Part shown: positions 23,499 through 38,135 of the stretch, in pieces
Layout: each line of letters opens with the position of its first letter
How positions within the stretch are numbered: the stretch's first letter is position 1
Origin: Spironucleus salmonicida
Lineage: Eukaryota
Length of the DNA stretch: 64,000 nt
Assembly (NCBI RefSeq): GCF_000497125.1
Contig: NC_090603.1
Location: 992,001 to 1,056,000, forward strand
Reading direction: 5' to 3'
Program-made: the position numbers and the translations under genes
Notes under the pieces: generated by a model
The model's input: only the letters and a program-made list of their open reading frames with translations
The model's database searches: none
Told to the model about the DNA's origin: nothing

Positions 23499-26400
23499 AT
23501 GTCCTTCATTCAATTGAGTAAAGATACGCTTTTTTAATGCACATATATTTATAAATAGAAAGAGTATTTTTGTTTACTATAATTCTAAAATACTGATCTA
23601 ATAGTTTTTAAGGATAAATAGTCATCTATACTATTGATTAAAGATATTAAAATGCAATAGATTACTAAAACTGATTAAATATAATTATCATCATAACTTT
23701 CTATTCAATTCGAATCTTACACATAAAAACTATAATTTATATAATTACTACTTTTTGCTTAAAATTAGTATTAAATTACTAAATCATAAAAATCAATACA
23801 TTGTAAAGATTTGGTTACATCTGAATCACTTAAGCTAGGTTTTCTATTCAACATATTGCCATTTATTCAAATAAAAGAGGAATTATATTTTTTAAATTTA
23901 GCTAGCTAGATTCATATATTTATAAACCAAGATTAATAAATTGTAAAATTTGCAGATAACCTTTCTTATGGGATAAATATTATAAAATTTGAAACAATTG
24001 AACTTCTACTATCAGTTATTCAATAAATAACTGAGAATATGGCAAAAATAAATATTTAAGTAACAGTGGAGAATTTTAAGCTTAATCATCATATTTAAAA
24101 TACAAATATATTTGATTGTTTGATAATTAAATATTTGAAGAAGCATCCTACTGATACTTATTTCAATTAGTTTCAGTTTATTGGCTAAAAATCTTAGATT
24201 AAAATATAATGCACAGATAATTTTTTAATTTTATTTTAATTATCTTAAAGTATAGGCTTAATAAATATTAACAATATTATATAGGTGTATTATTTACAAT
24301 AAACATAATTTATTATATAGTTATAATAAGGTTAGCTTATATTTTTAGAGTCAACTAATGTATAAACTATTATTGATTATATATTATTTTACAAGGATTC
24401 ACATCATTTAAATCTTATATAATTTTATTCACTATAAGATAAATTTAATGTTAATTGTAAGCATTTAGATGTTCTAAACTTCCAGATATATTTTAAAAAA
24501 TATTTTGAAATACTAATTTATTTTAAGGCTAATAATATTGATTTCAGATTAACTAAATCTTTAGATAAATAGTTTGATATAACGTAAGATTTAACTGTTT
24601 CCAACCAAGCTTTATCAGAGTATGATTACTTTTTAGTTGATTGCATTTCATTATTATCAGCAAATTAAACATACTTTAATAATTTTATTAAACATCAAGA
24701 TATTTTAATTTAGTATTTATTAAAATTTAGTTGTAATAACAAATTCATGTCAGGATTTTATTTATTAAGATTATTGTACCATATTTTATATGGACGTAAT
24801 TGCAATTAAAAATCTATTGCTAATTATACGTTATTGTATGTACAAAACGAGTAGAGTCAATTATTGTAATTTTTTGATAGTATCCCATCATAAATTTAAA
24901 AATTTTATATATAATTTATTGAGTAAGCAAATTTTGATAACATTTTAATTTAAAGTAGTCTTTTCATCATTAATTCCGAATATATGGTAAGATACAAACA
25001 TAATTAACAATTAGATGAATTTTTAGGAACCTTATTTTAGATATTTAAAGATAAATATGTTATTTAAATTGAAAACTTAAATAAGCTATTAATCTTTCAA
25101 ATTTTGTCTATTAATTATTCATAGAAACATATTTTATCCTAACATTATAGGTTATATGATATTAGTTAATTTATTAAATTAATTACATATTATCTAGACT
25201 TAGACAATAATTCTGCAGGTTTTTAAATAATTACGCTTTACTTATCAACATTAATGGTGCATCTAGTATTCATATAAGATATTATAAATTATATTTTTCC
25301 TTTTCAAATTGCATTTAATATTTAAAATTTTGTTCAATTTTAACACGATATATCTTATTTTCCTAAGTTTTGCAAATTATATTTTGAAAATATTAATCAC
25401 GGCTGTATTTTTTGGAACGATAAAATACGTTAAAAAACAAAAGATTACTTACTACTTATTATTAATAATCAAACAACTCGTTCAAAGAGGCTTAAAACGC
25501 TAGTATAAATGCTCAAAAATAATATTATTGATAATGAATTTAATATTCCTTTCTAAGACCATAATATGTAAATTGGTGGTATGTTATTGTCATCTTCTAT
25601 GATTGATAACTAATTAATTTAGTAGTATGTTGACCATAATTTAATGCAAATTGATAATAGTTTCTTACAATAATTTAATAGTTATTATTTATCGGTGTAT
25701 TAGAATAATCCACTTTAAGAATTTGTACTAGATTAGCTTTTTGTAAAGTACTTAAATGAACCAGATATTATTAACAGATTGAGCATACTGTTTGCTTTTC
25801 TTATTATCTAGTTATAAAATTAATACAAATTTAGTTTATTTTAATCATTTACAAATACATTAATAAGTAATTGTTAACAAAACTTGTTTAATGATGTATT
25901 TATGTAATTGATAATTCTTAATTGTAGCAAATAATTAGGATAAGACTAGTTTTTTAACAATATTATAGACTCATCTTTATATGATATCATTATTAATTAT
26001 TTATTAGAATTTTTACTTAGTAATTAGCAAATTATTAATTAAAACATACCAATTATAGTTACAACAAGACATTTAATTCTTATATTCAGTAAAATACTTT
26101 ACTATTTTTCATTTTATGATATTTTTTTGTTTGATTAAACCAATAAAAGAATTGAAATGGGTTATATTATCTGTTATCTATTAATTATTTCATAATATGA
26201 TGATTCTTCAGAGTTAATCAATATTTATGTAGAAATATTCCATAGTTTTTATAAAGAAGATATTTTACAATGCCCTTAATTATTTATAGCTATTTTATTT
26301 TTAACTAACTCCAATAAATCTATAAATCTGTTAAAAGTAATGTAATCAAAAGTCCCATAAATTTTATCATTTTTACCTAAAGCAATTTATAATTTGTATA

Positions 26401-29348
26401 TTAATCTATAAACTTCAACCATATAGCTTATTTTAGAATAAGATTATTTCATTAGTACATTTTGCGCTTGGTCTTAGTTCTTTAAATAATAATTGAAAGA
26501 TTAAATTGATATTAATATTGCAGAAATTAAATCCCAATTAGAGTTAAACTCTTAGTATAGTGTATTATCATTATAGTAATTGTAGCAAATATGCTATGAT
26601 ATATCAATATAATTTTAGTTTCCTTTTGAGAATTCGTGTATTTATAGCTACGACTAATAGATATACTTCTAACAATATAATTAAAATTCTGACAGTAGTA
26701 TTTATGACTAATTATATTATTTTAACTTTCTATCAACAGAGTATGATTTGATAGCAATTATAAATAATTTAGCAGAGAGCCAGGCAACTTATTTAAGCGA
26801 TATAATTATTTTACTAAATTTACTGCATTCTAAATTAGAATTATATAATGAATTTATTTAATCTGACATTTTATTAATCTCAGCTATTTGTATTTTAAAA
26901 AATATTCAACTGGTTCAAAATACAATTGATAATTATTTTGATAATTAAATTCCATTTATCGACGGTATATTTTTATAATTTATCTCATTTTTAGATAGTA
27001 ATATTAAAATATTCAACATTAATACTTTTAAATAACAGTTAAAGGTTGATAATAACTAATAATATATTAGCCTTAAGTAACATATTTAGCTTGTTGTTTA
27101 AAATCTTAAATTCGTATTTATCAACTTAGATATATCTAACACGAGTACTAACGATTAATTTCAATTATCCACCCTTATTATTAATGAACTAACAAATTAC
27201 GAAATTCTTCGTGATGAAGTATAAGTTGACTTTTTATTGAATTTCTATTTCAAAAACTATTCAAAACTCGCAGTAGAAGATCATATTTAACTTTAGAAAT
27301 ATCTTACTAAAATTTTTAACTCTCAGAAACTTAAAAATATTTCTCCCATGATCCTTATTCTTTTACTAATTTTCTATTTTGATGCCCAAGAAATAGCAAT
27401 GAAGTTCATAAAATTAATAATAGGTGAATTTAGAATCATAGAGTAGATTACATTATAGTTGTCAATATTCGGACAATTTTTAATTAATTAAGATATCAGT
27501 AGTCTATAAAGGCTCTAGATGGTCGAAATTTTTACAGAAAAATTTACAGTCACTACAGATGATAAATAGCAGATATTAAAGTAGTTAAAAGATATTAGGG
27601 AAAATACTGATTTGAACAGTGTTAAAATTGGATTTGTAGGATGCCCTTATGACGTTGAATCATACTAAGTAACTAATATGATCAACATTGTGAAAACAGA
27701 ATTATAGATATCTAAATCATTCGATGGTAATTATAGCAAACAACTCCACGGGAAATCTAATTTGCGTGAAATAACAAGATCATTAATTGATTATATAATC
27801 CAAACTGAGTTTTATAGCAATGATAGCAGCAAAATAAGTAGTTGTTAAAAAATAGTAAGAAGCTTTATTCTCATTTATATTCATGCTTGTATATAAGATG
27901 AGGTTAACACTGATATTCATACGAATATTGTATTTAAGAACCATATTTTGACGTTAGCATAAGATTTTCATATCATATAAAATGTATTAGAGTATTAATA
28001 TAATTTTATTGTTTACTCTTTTATAGTTAAATTTGATTGGATGAGTATATCTAAATAAGATATTTTTAGCAGAGTCGTATAGAATACAGTGTAAATTATC
28101 TATGATGACTTATATAGTACCCTTTAATTATAGAAAATACTGATTCAATTGATTTGTCAGAATACCGCATATGATAACGTGGAAACAGGGTTAATTATTG
28201 TATTATTTTCGTTATTATAGTTTGATAGTAAGTATGAAAAATCTATTATAATTATATAAAATATACTTATACAGAGATATAATTATAGTACTTATTTATA
28301 AAAAATATTCCCGCTACCATTATTTGATTTACTAAAAATTTAGCCTACATTACTTATAACTACTCAGATTAATAATTCGTATATAATTTGGAATAATAAT
28401 TGTTATTAAGACTATAATTAAAATATTTGTCATTATTACTTTAATGGTCATTAAATTGGTAATTTTTACGATTTAACTGGTATTCATTTGTAATTGTTTT
28501 AAGACAAAGAACTAATTAATAATATTATTTTACAAAATTATATTTAAGATAGTAATAGTACTTCAATACAAATCAATGACTAAAAAAGTTTTTATAAACA
28601 ATTCTTATCTAACTTCTAATTTTTTTTAGAAACATAAAATATTATATAAATATTTAAATATCTAGAATTTTTATAAATTTCTCTTACTAATATTACTAAT
28701 ATCTCATATTTATTAATATAGGATGACTTTAATTTCTTTATTTACTCTCTTTTAACTGATACTTTCTTAATAGCAATAGTTATAAATAATGATACATATA
28801 AAGATAAATTTTAAGATCTTCTAAACGCTATAACGTATAATATTTCATAGTATAATCATATTATTAATAATGACTATGGGATCATGCTTCTAAAATAGTT
28901 ATTATTATTTATATATGACCCCAGTCTGACAATGCTGTCTCTTATCTAATGTTTTTATGATATTATATGTAATTTGGTCTTATTCACATCAACATTATTT
29001 AAAAATTATGATGTTCGTTTGTAAATAACAAGATTTGTAGTCTAAGATCAGGTTTATGGAATGGATATATTTTCATTTTATATTTGTAAAATTGATGGTA
29101 ACTAAATGTTAAAATAAGTATGTTATTATTGTATAAAATTATTATGCTCCCAGTCTAAAGAGGTAGAAGAAATAGTTTTATAATATTGTACAAATAAATA
29201 ATAGTTATTAGAAATATCAACATTGCCATTTATTTTTTAACAAGTACCGATTTCTATTGAGTAATCAACTACTTAATTTTAGAATGAATTCTTTATTGAT
29301 ATTGAAAAAAATAGCTGGCAAGATATCTTTAATAACATTATTGATTGA
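23499..29348 (+). CDS. Very large helical-repeat protein, divergent RME-8/DNAJC13-like (IWN repeats)
   Basis: ATG at 23499 and TGA at 29346 share a frame (~1,949 aa; sampled segments open). IWN-type repeats: HGCIFWNDKIRQ...NEFNIPFQDHNMQIGG, FLPKAIY...FCAWSQFFKQQL, and IFPLPLFDLL...NSYIIWNNN. Confidence 0.6.
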
Positions 29349-29350
29349 CT

Positions 29351-29608
29351 TCACTCACTAGTTTTATTTGTCTCATCTGTGTCACCCTCAATCAGTAGCT
29401 TTAGATTACTGTTTACATAGCACCATTTTTTTATTCGTTCAGCATTATATTATGATTTAAATGAAACTAACTCGAATACTTCTGGATGTAACAAACTGTA
29501 TTCATATAATGACTGAGCGAGTAGCTTTGGTTTTGAAATACTCCTTAAACTATAATAATATTTTAAAAATTCTCTCGCCTCATCTTAGACTATTAAAGGT
29601 AAACGCAT
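29351..29608 (-). CDS. Small hypothetical protein (85 aa)
   Basis: MRLPLIVQDEAREFLKYYYSLRSISKPKLLAQSLYEYSLLHPEVF...DETNKTSE*. AGTGA stop context; convergent with the previous gene, 2 nt apart. Confidence 0.55.
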
Positions 29609-30352
29609 TCTAACAAGGTTCGCAGTGATGCAATTTTTATTAATTTAAATTATATAAAAGCTGTATCTACATAAATCTTCTACTTTATGTGCATTTCAAT
29701 TCTATATTAATATGAATATAATGGCTATTTATACAGATTTTATCTAAAAATTAGAGAATATATATAATAAAATTATTATTGTTTTAACAGAATCTCTTTT
29801 AATTATATGGAATTTACTATTAAATTCATGGAAATAATTTAACACTGAAATCTTTACTATATTAATAATACTTTATATGTATGAATGTCTTTATTTATGT
29901 AAGAATTATTTAAAAAGTTAATTAGTAAATGAGTAATAATAAAATACAAAAATTAGCTTTATTAGATTTAATTTTTTACTATAAATGATAATTATGAAAT
30001 AAAGATAAGTCAGATTTATTTCGATTATTGTATCTAATTTAATGAATATATTGTTAAAGTAATGAATAAGGTATTATAATTTCCATTTATCATTTATTGG
30101 CTTAGACATTTCTCATGGATAATTTTATTTAAAAAATAGAAATATAGATAAAAACCTGATATGATTATATAAATATTCTATTATATAAATAATTATTAAT
30201 CATAAAATAAATAATTCAAAAGTTTAAATAGTTAAGACTGTATCAATATTTAGTTTATTTGATTATATATTAATAAACTTTATAGAAAATATCACTTTCT
30301 AAATAACTAAAGCTATATGACAAATATTTAGATATAGAAAATTATTGCAAAA

Positions 30353-30853
30353 ATGCTGATACGTACAAAATTTTAGAAGAAAACCCTTGTTTATTAATAA
30401 TAGGAAATTTCTTTCTCTATCATATAGTAAAACTATATAAGACCATAAACATCTCTTCCTAACTTGTTAGCATCTAACATATTTCCTAAAGGAATAATTA
30501 ATTTAACAAGTGAAACAAGAATATTAACATCAACTTAGACTCACAGAAGCCAACAAAACTAAAGTAAAGTATACAATGGTAGAAGGATTGGATATATACG
30601 GTAAATAATATAAAGCATTTTCAATAGTAAATATATAAAACTTCTTGAATGTAGACCTTCGACTAAATTATCGAAGTTAAATGGAAATTATAAAGTTGAT
30701 TTTATTAAATTCTACTAAGTTATCGATCATAATAAAAAAAGCAGTAATGGAATCCTTAGACTCGTACAACCAGTAAATTATATTTCGATTATTTAAAGAT
30801 TAGAGTCATAATTGTTCTGTAACAAATAATAATGTGAAAAAATAGATGGATGA
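30353..30853 (+). CDS. Hypothetical basic protein (~166 aa)
   Basis: Open code-6 frame from aaaATG at 30353 (alternative ATG at 30317) to TGA at 30851, convergent with the OSCA gene across 19 nt. No motif. Confidence 0.4.
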
Positions 30854-30872
30854 ATTTGAATAAATAAACTAT

Positions 30873-33206
30873 TCAGTCGATATCTAAAAAACATGCAGGA
30901 TGACAATAGCAAAGTGCAATTTAATTAGCATCATAACTACCTTTAACTACCACTGATTTACCAATAATGTCTTCGTTCATGATTTGGCTCTATAGTTCTT
31001 AGTATATATCCGAGTGAATATAGCTGACGGGTAACTATACGATATTTTAATCTGACTATTAACAAGCACCAGTTGCTAGCTATTAACTGCTTTCTTTGTA
31101 GCTAGAATTAAAAGAAATCTTTTTAAATATCAGATAGAATCCAACTAGTGCTAAAAAGACACTAGAGTATTTCAAAATAACATTTTTTGTAGTAAGACAA
31201 TAGGAAACTGTACAAAACAATAAATAAATACTGCTGAAATATATATCGTCCATAACCATTTTTATTATATCAATACCAGGGCTCATTTCGTTTGTAGGGA
31301 CCATTTTGCTCTTATATAATATTTGATATCGTTCACAGAACTAATTCATAAATTCTATTATAATTAAGACATTAAAAGAAATTGGCGCAATAACCATATA
31401 CATCATCGCTATTGTAAACATATGCAATTTTCCGGCGAGTGCAATGTAGTAGTCAAAATCATTTTTCTGGTACCACTTGGCTTTCTTTATACTAGGTAAT
31501 ACGAGACCTATAATGTACATTAAGAAATCACCAACACCTACAATGTTTCCTGGTCCCTCATTCAAGTATTTTGTAATCAAGAACGTTAAAAATGAAAAAA
31601 TTTGAAGTGGAATATTCTGACCTATATTGTTGATTATATCACTTATATTTGCGGTTGTTAGAAAAGATAGATCAAACTATCCAGTCTCCGGATTGAGTGC
31701 AGCTGGAAATGCAACTTATAAAATTCCGTTCAAAAGAATTAGAAAAATAAACAAAATTTTGTATTTTAAAGCAGTTAAATGTGTGTTAGAGACTGTATTT
31801 GCTGGTTTTACTGCAAAATCAATAATAATAGGCAAAAGTGATGCAAAAATTGTAGGAATTAGTCCGAAAACGTAAGTAATTAAGAAATTTGCTAATGCGT
31901 AGCAGTTTGGTTCATTGAAGCAAATGTCTGTTTAAATAAAATTGATAATTAAAAGACCATTATTATTTACAAATTGGATTGTCAGGGATTGAAGACCGAA
32001 AAAGATTAAAAACGATATCAAAATGGTAATAAAAGTTAAAATTGAGCTTAATTTGATTATAGAGATGCTTCTAGAGAGTTTTCTCCACTAAATATCTGCA
32101 TAATAAGGGGCTGGGATTATTTCAGGTTTTTTTCTATCAGCTGTAAGTAAAAGGCTAATTTTTTATGCCGCTGACACTTGTGAATCACAGATAATGAATG
32201 CGTTAAGACCCTTTCTATCATAGATTTGTTAGTAATAATTAGGTGGTGATTGTTATACATTGAAGTAAGTTTTAAGGTTTAATGTTTCGCCGATAGAAAA
32301 ATTTTAATTTGCTTTTTTAATAGATGGTAAAAATGGTACTAATTCGTTGTAAGTAAAATGCTTCTTAATTTAAAACTTTTAAATTTATTGTGATATACTC
32401 TATATTTTAAACAAATTATATTGTTAACGTAAGGTTAAATAATAATAATGCAATTTGTTGATAAATGGAATACTATATTTAATTGATGGCTTCTAAAGGC
32501 AGATATAATAAGCATGAAATTTTTATTATTTGAGAGTTAATTTCTTAATTTTTTTGATTAATTCTTAGGTATTTTCGTATAGTTTTTACTGTTTATTCTC
32601 GAGACAAGGGATAATTTGAGTTATATCCTCAAAATTTTCAAAGATAGTATTAAAAAGTTCTGATGGTATATTTCTAGCTAATACAGCATAATTACTAGGA
32701 ATAGCACGTTACATACATTTTTACCGAAAAGTTATATACACAATCATAAAGTTCTCGAAGAACCTAACCACCTCTTAACAAACTAGAAAAGCCACAAAAG
32801 GTACGGCAAGGTACGACCAAGAATGGTCACCAAGATTCGAAATAATTAAAGAAGAATATATTGTTAATTTTGACTATGTTTAGTTATTCCCAAAAAAATA
32901 CAGAAGCTGCAGCAATAAGCTATAACAAAATAGTCTCGTGATCAATCCGAAATATGCCTTTGAAAAGTAAATATAAATTGTAGCCAGATTTCCTTTCTTC
33001 GCAAATTAAGATAAAGGTTATTTTAAGACATCCATTGGCCATAAAAATATTTATTTCATGTTTTTAATTTAAGATGAAAATGGCCTAAAAACTTAAGGTG
33101 CAGATTATATTAGAAAAAATGATAATATTATATAGAAAATACCTGATCCCATATTAATTAGAAAAGAGAATGTAAGATTTTATTCTAGAAGTTAGTCTGC
33201 CGACAT
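30873..33206 (-). CDS. OSCA/TMEM63 (CSC1/RSN1) mechanosensitive cation channel family protein
   Basis: 777-aa frame. TM0 SFLINMGSGIFYIILSFF..QVFRP, YAVLARNIP, AFIICDSQVSAA, PAPYYADIQWRKL and FTIAMMYMVIAPI. Joins track ORFs 31083 and 31341. Confidence 0.82.
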
Positions 33207-33244
33207 TTTGTTTAAGTCAACAATATATAGATTATTATATACTA

Positions 33245-34975
33245 TCACATACATGTTTTTGTGTATAATACTCTAAGTAATTCGCCTTAGTCTCTAGTAC
33301 CCATACTGAGTCCTCTTATTTTATATAATCCTGGTTTTTTAAATACATAACCCTTTAATAGATACTATTTAGACTTTGTAGTACACCCAATACTCTCATC
33401 ACCACTTATTTAACTTACTTACAAAGTTAATTCTGTAACGCAATTACACTTTAAGGACTGTTATTCTTTTACAAGCATAAGATTTCGGCTTTATACTTGT
33501 AATATCTATTCATTATTGTTGGTGTAGTACTAGCTTTTAGTGATAGTTCCCACAAAACATGAGTATAAACCAGCATATTATATAGAGCCTCTTTAATTAT
33601 CGATAACACATATAGATTCGTCTATCTTCCCTAATACTAAACTATTGTCTTCAAATACCTCTACTATTAAAATTTCAATATGAGGAAACTGCTACTGAAG
33701 TTTTAATTCTTTTAAACTGCATTGGAAAGTAGGATTTTTAAATTATCCTAATTTATACTAGTCACCACATCTAACATTATTATCTTTAATAATAATATAA
33801 TTGTTCTAATCTAATAACTAGAAATATCCTGCCTCAGTCTACTAATCAAACCCTGTTTTCTAACACCCTGATAATAAAATTTTCTAGCCTTTCTTAAACT
33901 CAATTTATGAGTTATACGGCATAAAATACTGACCGTCAGACAAATAATTCTGATTAATAATAAAAAATACTCCAGTTACCGACTGTACCGGCTAATTTTC
34001 TTCGTATATTCTCCTTATTAAGGATGTCTACAGAAACTCCTAACTCTTGCTAACATGTAGTAGTATAAGCTCAGGGGTAAACGATAAAATTAAATCATAA
34101 ACTTATTCATTGTCAAAACGGGATAAATTTCGCACTAAAAACAATTGCACTAGTTAGATAAAGAAGGAAAAATTATCTAAAAACCCATGTTCTCGTGCAA
34201 TACGATAAAGTGTTTTGTATGAAATCACCAAACTATCAATTTAACTAACAACAGGAACAATAATTACCTAATAAAACACAGATGCTTCGTCACTACAATC
34301 AGCAAATAGTTAATTTCCGTCAAATTCGGAGTTTAGTACGTTTACAAAAACGATTGATTGCAAATTTTCAAAACTAAGCATTTAAAATAAATGAAGATAA
34401 TAATACTGAAGCTGTTAGTTATTACTATAATATTGATATAATTGCTTCTAAAGCTTATTAAAAAGAGTATCTTAGAGTAAATACTTGCCAAACTATGTAA
34501 TGTTTTTCGGTTTATAGTTTTCAGTGTGGAAACTGTACAAAGAAGACGGGAAAGGAATTTTAAAGTTTAGCTATTAAAGTAATATTAAAGTTTAGGGAAT
34601 TTAAAATGGTATTTAGTTATTTTAAAGCTGGTTTATAAGTGATTTGATGTATTATTACTAGTTTTAGTTTGTTAGGTAATATGTTTTATTGAAAATTGTT
34701 GTTATAATATGACTTGTGGATGTAGAAATATACTATCTTGGCTTTTCGACTAATTATATAGAATTTTAAAGAACTTACGGTTGCGGTTATGCTGATAATT
34801 GTGAAAGTTTTAACTTTGAGATATTCAAGTCATTTATTTAAGATTTTACTGTACTAGTATCTTAAGTTACAATATCTGCAGTCATAAATAAGCCCATGAA
34901 ATCGTCATTCTTCTAGTTATCTTAATCTAATTAGACATCCAAATCCGCTGTTTAGAACAAATCGTCCAAACTCAT
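33245..34975 (-). CDS. Hypothetical protein (~576 aa)
   Basis: ATG at 34975 (MSLDDLFQTADLDVQ...) and TGA at 33245 are in frame. Divergent from kinesin across a 55-nt AT-rich spacer. Confidence 0.65.
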
Positions 34976-35030
34976 TTTAAGTTTAACGTAATTATTATAC
35001 TATATTTATTAATAATACACAATTTGCTAA

Positions 35031-36911
35031 ATGTCCCATATAACTGTTGGAGTGCGAGTCCGCCCAATGATCAAAAGAGAGCTCGAAGGCGGCCAAAATA
35101 ACTGCCTCTAAGTTACAACGACGCAAGTAGTAGCTAGAGAGTCCCTGAACTCGTAATACGACGATCAGCTCCTTTTCCCCTCTTACAACTTCAATTTTGA
35201 CCAGGTTTATGGCCCAGAATCGACCCAGCAGCAGGTATGCGAAATCACAACGCCAACACTATCAGCATTCGTGCAGGGCGTCAACGGCTGCATTCTCACC
35301 TACGGCCAGACGGCCTCTGGGAAGTCTTTTACGATCCAGAACAACACTTCTGGAATTCTTCCACACGCGCTGGACTACATCTTCCAGAACGCCAAAGCGA
35401 CCGCAGAGGTGAAGATTTCGTACCTGCAAATTTACAACGAGCAGCTCCTGGACCTCCTGGACGAGTCGAGCAAAAAGCTCTCTATCCGCGAGTCCAAAGG
35501 CGAGATTTACGTCGAAAACCTCTCGATTTTCAGCGCAAAATCGACCACAGAGGCGCTCGAACTCATCGCCCTGGGGAACGAAATCCGCAAAACGTCAGAA
35601 ACTGCAATGAACATCCAGTCCAGCAGAAGCCACGCCGTTTTTACCGTGTACTTGAACGACGCTGAGCACTTTTCGAAGCTCTTAATCCTCGATTTGGCGG
35701 GCTCAGAGCGCGCGCATTCGAGCCAGAAAGACGTCCTGCGCGAGACGAAGCACATAAACAGCTCGCTGGCTGTCCTGTCGAACGTGCTGAACGCGCTTTT
35801 GCTGAAGGATAAAAATCCGAAACAGTTCGTCCCCTACCGGGACTCAAAGCTCACGCGTTTGCTCTCTGACTCGCTGGGAAAAAATTGCAGATCTGTCATC
35901 CTCACGACCATTTCACCTGGAAATCAGAGCTTTTCAGAGACGATTAATAGTCTGCGCTTCGCAGATCGTGCAAAAGCGATTAAGCAAAATGGGCAGGTTA
36001 ATCAGATTGAGAGCGACGAAAAGAAGATTTAACGGTACAAAAATGAGATTCAAAATTTGATGAAATTGATATAAGAGACTAAGGCTGGGGTAAGTATGCA
36101 GGAAGATGAAAGTGTGCATTAAAATGTAAAAATAAGTAAATAATATGTTCTAATGGATGAAAATGATAATATTATTAACTTATAAAATGAATAGCAAAAT
36201 GAGTAATTATAAGACCTCAGAAATATCTCCTTGAAATAGAAAGATATAATGATAACTTTGACGTAGAAACTGTAAGAAAGTGAGGATGAGTATTAAGAAA
36301 CAATCTTATAAATCGACTAGATATAAGACAGGGTTGAAAATTATGTTTAGTAAATTGCTAAGAAAAAGTAGTTTTTAGAATCTAAAGATATTATGAATTG
36401 TGACAAAATTAATGAAAAGTTTATTAAAGAGCATGGTATGTAAAAGTTTATGAATTAATAGGATGAGATTTTTAATTATAATAACTAATTATTAAATAAT
36501 TATTTTACAACAGAAATAAGCGATTATGAGGAAAGTATGACAGTAGAATAAAAGTATGAAGAATTATAACATATAAAAACAGAATTTAGCAGCAAAATAC
36601 TTTCTGCATAGAAGACACTTAATAATATTTAATAGCATTCTATCTAACAATAGTATAAACTTGAAAAATTATCTGATCAGATAATTTCAGATTTAAAGTT
36701 AAGTAAAACAGATAAATTTAGCGCACAGAAGTTAGTAGAATGCCAACAAGAGCGTAGGCTTATGCTTAAGATTTTTAATGAAAAAGTTTTAAACAAATTA
36801 ACAGATATTACACCAAATGAAGCAGTTTGTTTGTAAAATTATTTATTAAAGGTCTGTGATGCAATAGAAACTGGACAGCTATTTTAGAGTCTTAACTCAC
36901 TATTTAAATGA
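35031..36911 (+). CDS. Kinesin (N-terminal motor domain + coiled-coil tail)
   Basis: VGVRVRP, YGQTASGKS (P-loop), NIQSSRSHAVF (switch I), DLAGSER (switch II) and VPYRDSKLTRLL. 626 aa. Confidence 0.96.
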
Positions 36912-36920
36912 AGTTTTTGA

Positions 36921-37475
36921 TCACTTGTAGTATGGCCAATATGCCTATTTAAGTTCTTCCGCTTCTTCCTCATCAATTATCTCTAGTATCATTGGAAAGT
37001 TTTCCTTTTCAGGAACCTTAGGGGCCGCCCGTTCCCAGAGTGCTTTTCTAAGCTATCTTCTTCCTAGGCTCATAAGACCCTCTCTAAGATGGTGCCAGCC
37101 CATATATAGGTACTTAGATTCGGCATCGTCTATAACTTAATTGATAGACTAAGGGTCACAGCATATGATGATTTTCTAGCGAACAATTTTCCATTTATGG
37201 TCTGGCATTGCATCGTAATTATTAGTCTAGGGTAAGCAAAGCTCAGTTAAGCCAAAATCAGCAGCTGTTGGGACAGTGAATTATTGAGTAACATAAGATG
37301 GTAGAGAATCCTACAACTGGGTTAAAGATTAAATTCGACAAACATTAGCTTATAGTAGAAACTCTCTTTCCTTTATGTATTCTAGCGATAGAGTTTTCTG
37401 ATCTGGAGATATTACTTCTGCAGAATTTTTAAATACAGTAAAGGTATCCAAAATATTAGTTGGAATCTAAGGCAT
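36921..37475 (-). CDS. Hypothetical protein (184 aa)
   Basis: Open code-6 frame MPQIPTNILDTF...QAYWPYYK*, with a C-rich upstream element and an AGTGA stop. Confidence 0.7.
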
Positions 37476-37532
37476 TTTGTGAAATGGTGATTTATTTACT
37501 TAAATATTATTGATATTATATAATATTATGAA

Positions 37533-38135
37533 TCAAATCAAAATGCTCCCTAGTAGTAAAAAGAGACAAAAAACAAGAGCATACTAAATTAAGCTAAATT
37601 TAGTAATGAATATGTCATCATTGTCAAGTGTTTTTTTAGAAACACTATTTGTATTATTCCATTAATCAAATATTTTACCCTATAGTATTATTAAAAATAC
37701 TATTGTTATTGCACATGAAATTCTTAGAGTAGTTTTTCTTTGAGTTTTTTGCTCATCAATTAATGCAATAAAAAAACTTACAATGTAGCTAAGGATAAAG
37801 AATATCCCTGCAGCAGTTCTATGCGGACACGAAGATGCGGCGAGGTCTATTTTTACGATACACTGGTAAATAAAGGCTGTACACATTATGGCCGTAGTTA
37901 TTATAGTAAGACACTATAAATACGAGCTAGATGACGTGGTTTGGAGGGCAAACTGGGATATCCCGAGAAATAGCAAGCAGGCAGAGATTGTTCCCCCGAT
38001 TGAATATATTGGGTAACCCATGTTAGCACCAGCCTCCGAAATTGACGGAAGATACGCAGCATTATCGAATACGATTGCCACGACCAGGGTGGACACGATA
38101 GTTATCGCGAAGGACGCCAGCGCGAACTTAATCAT
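37533..38135 (-). CDS. Frag1/DRAM/Sfk1 (TMEM150-like) membrane protein, full-length copy
   Basis: TM1 followed by YLPSISEAG...YPIYSIG, about six hydrophobic segments and HRTAAGIFF. Joins track ORFs 37914 and 37680. 200 aa. Confidence 0.75.
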
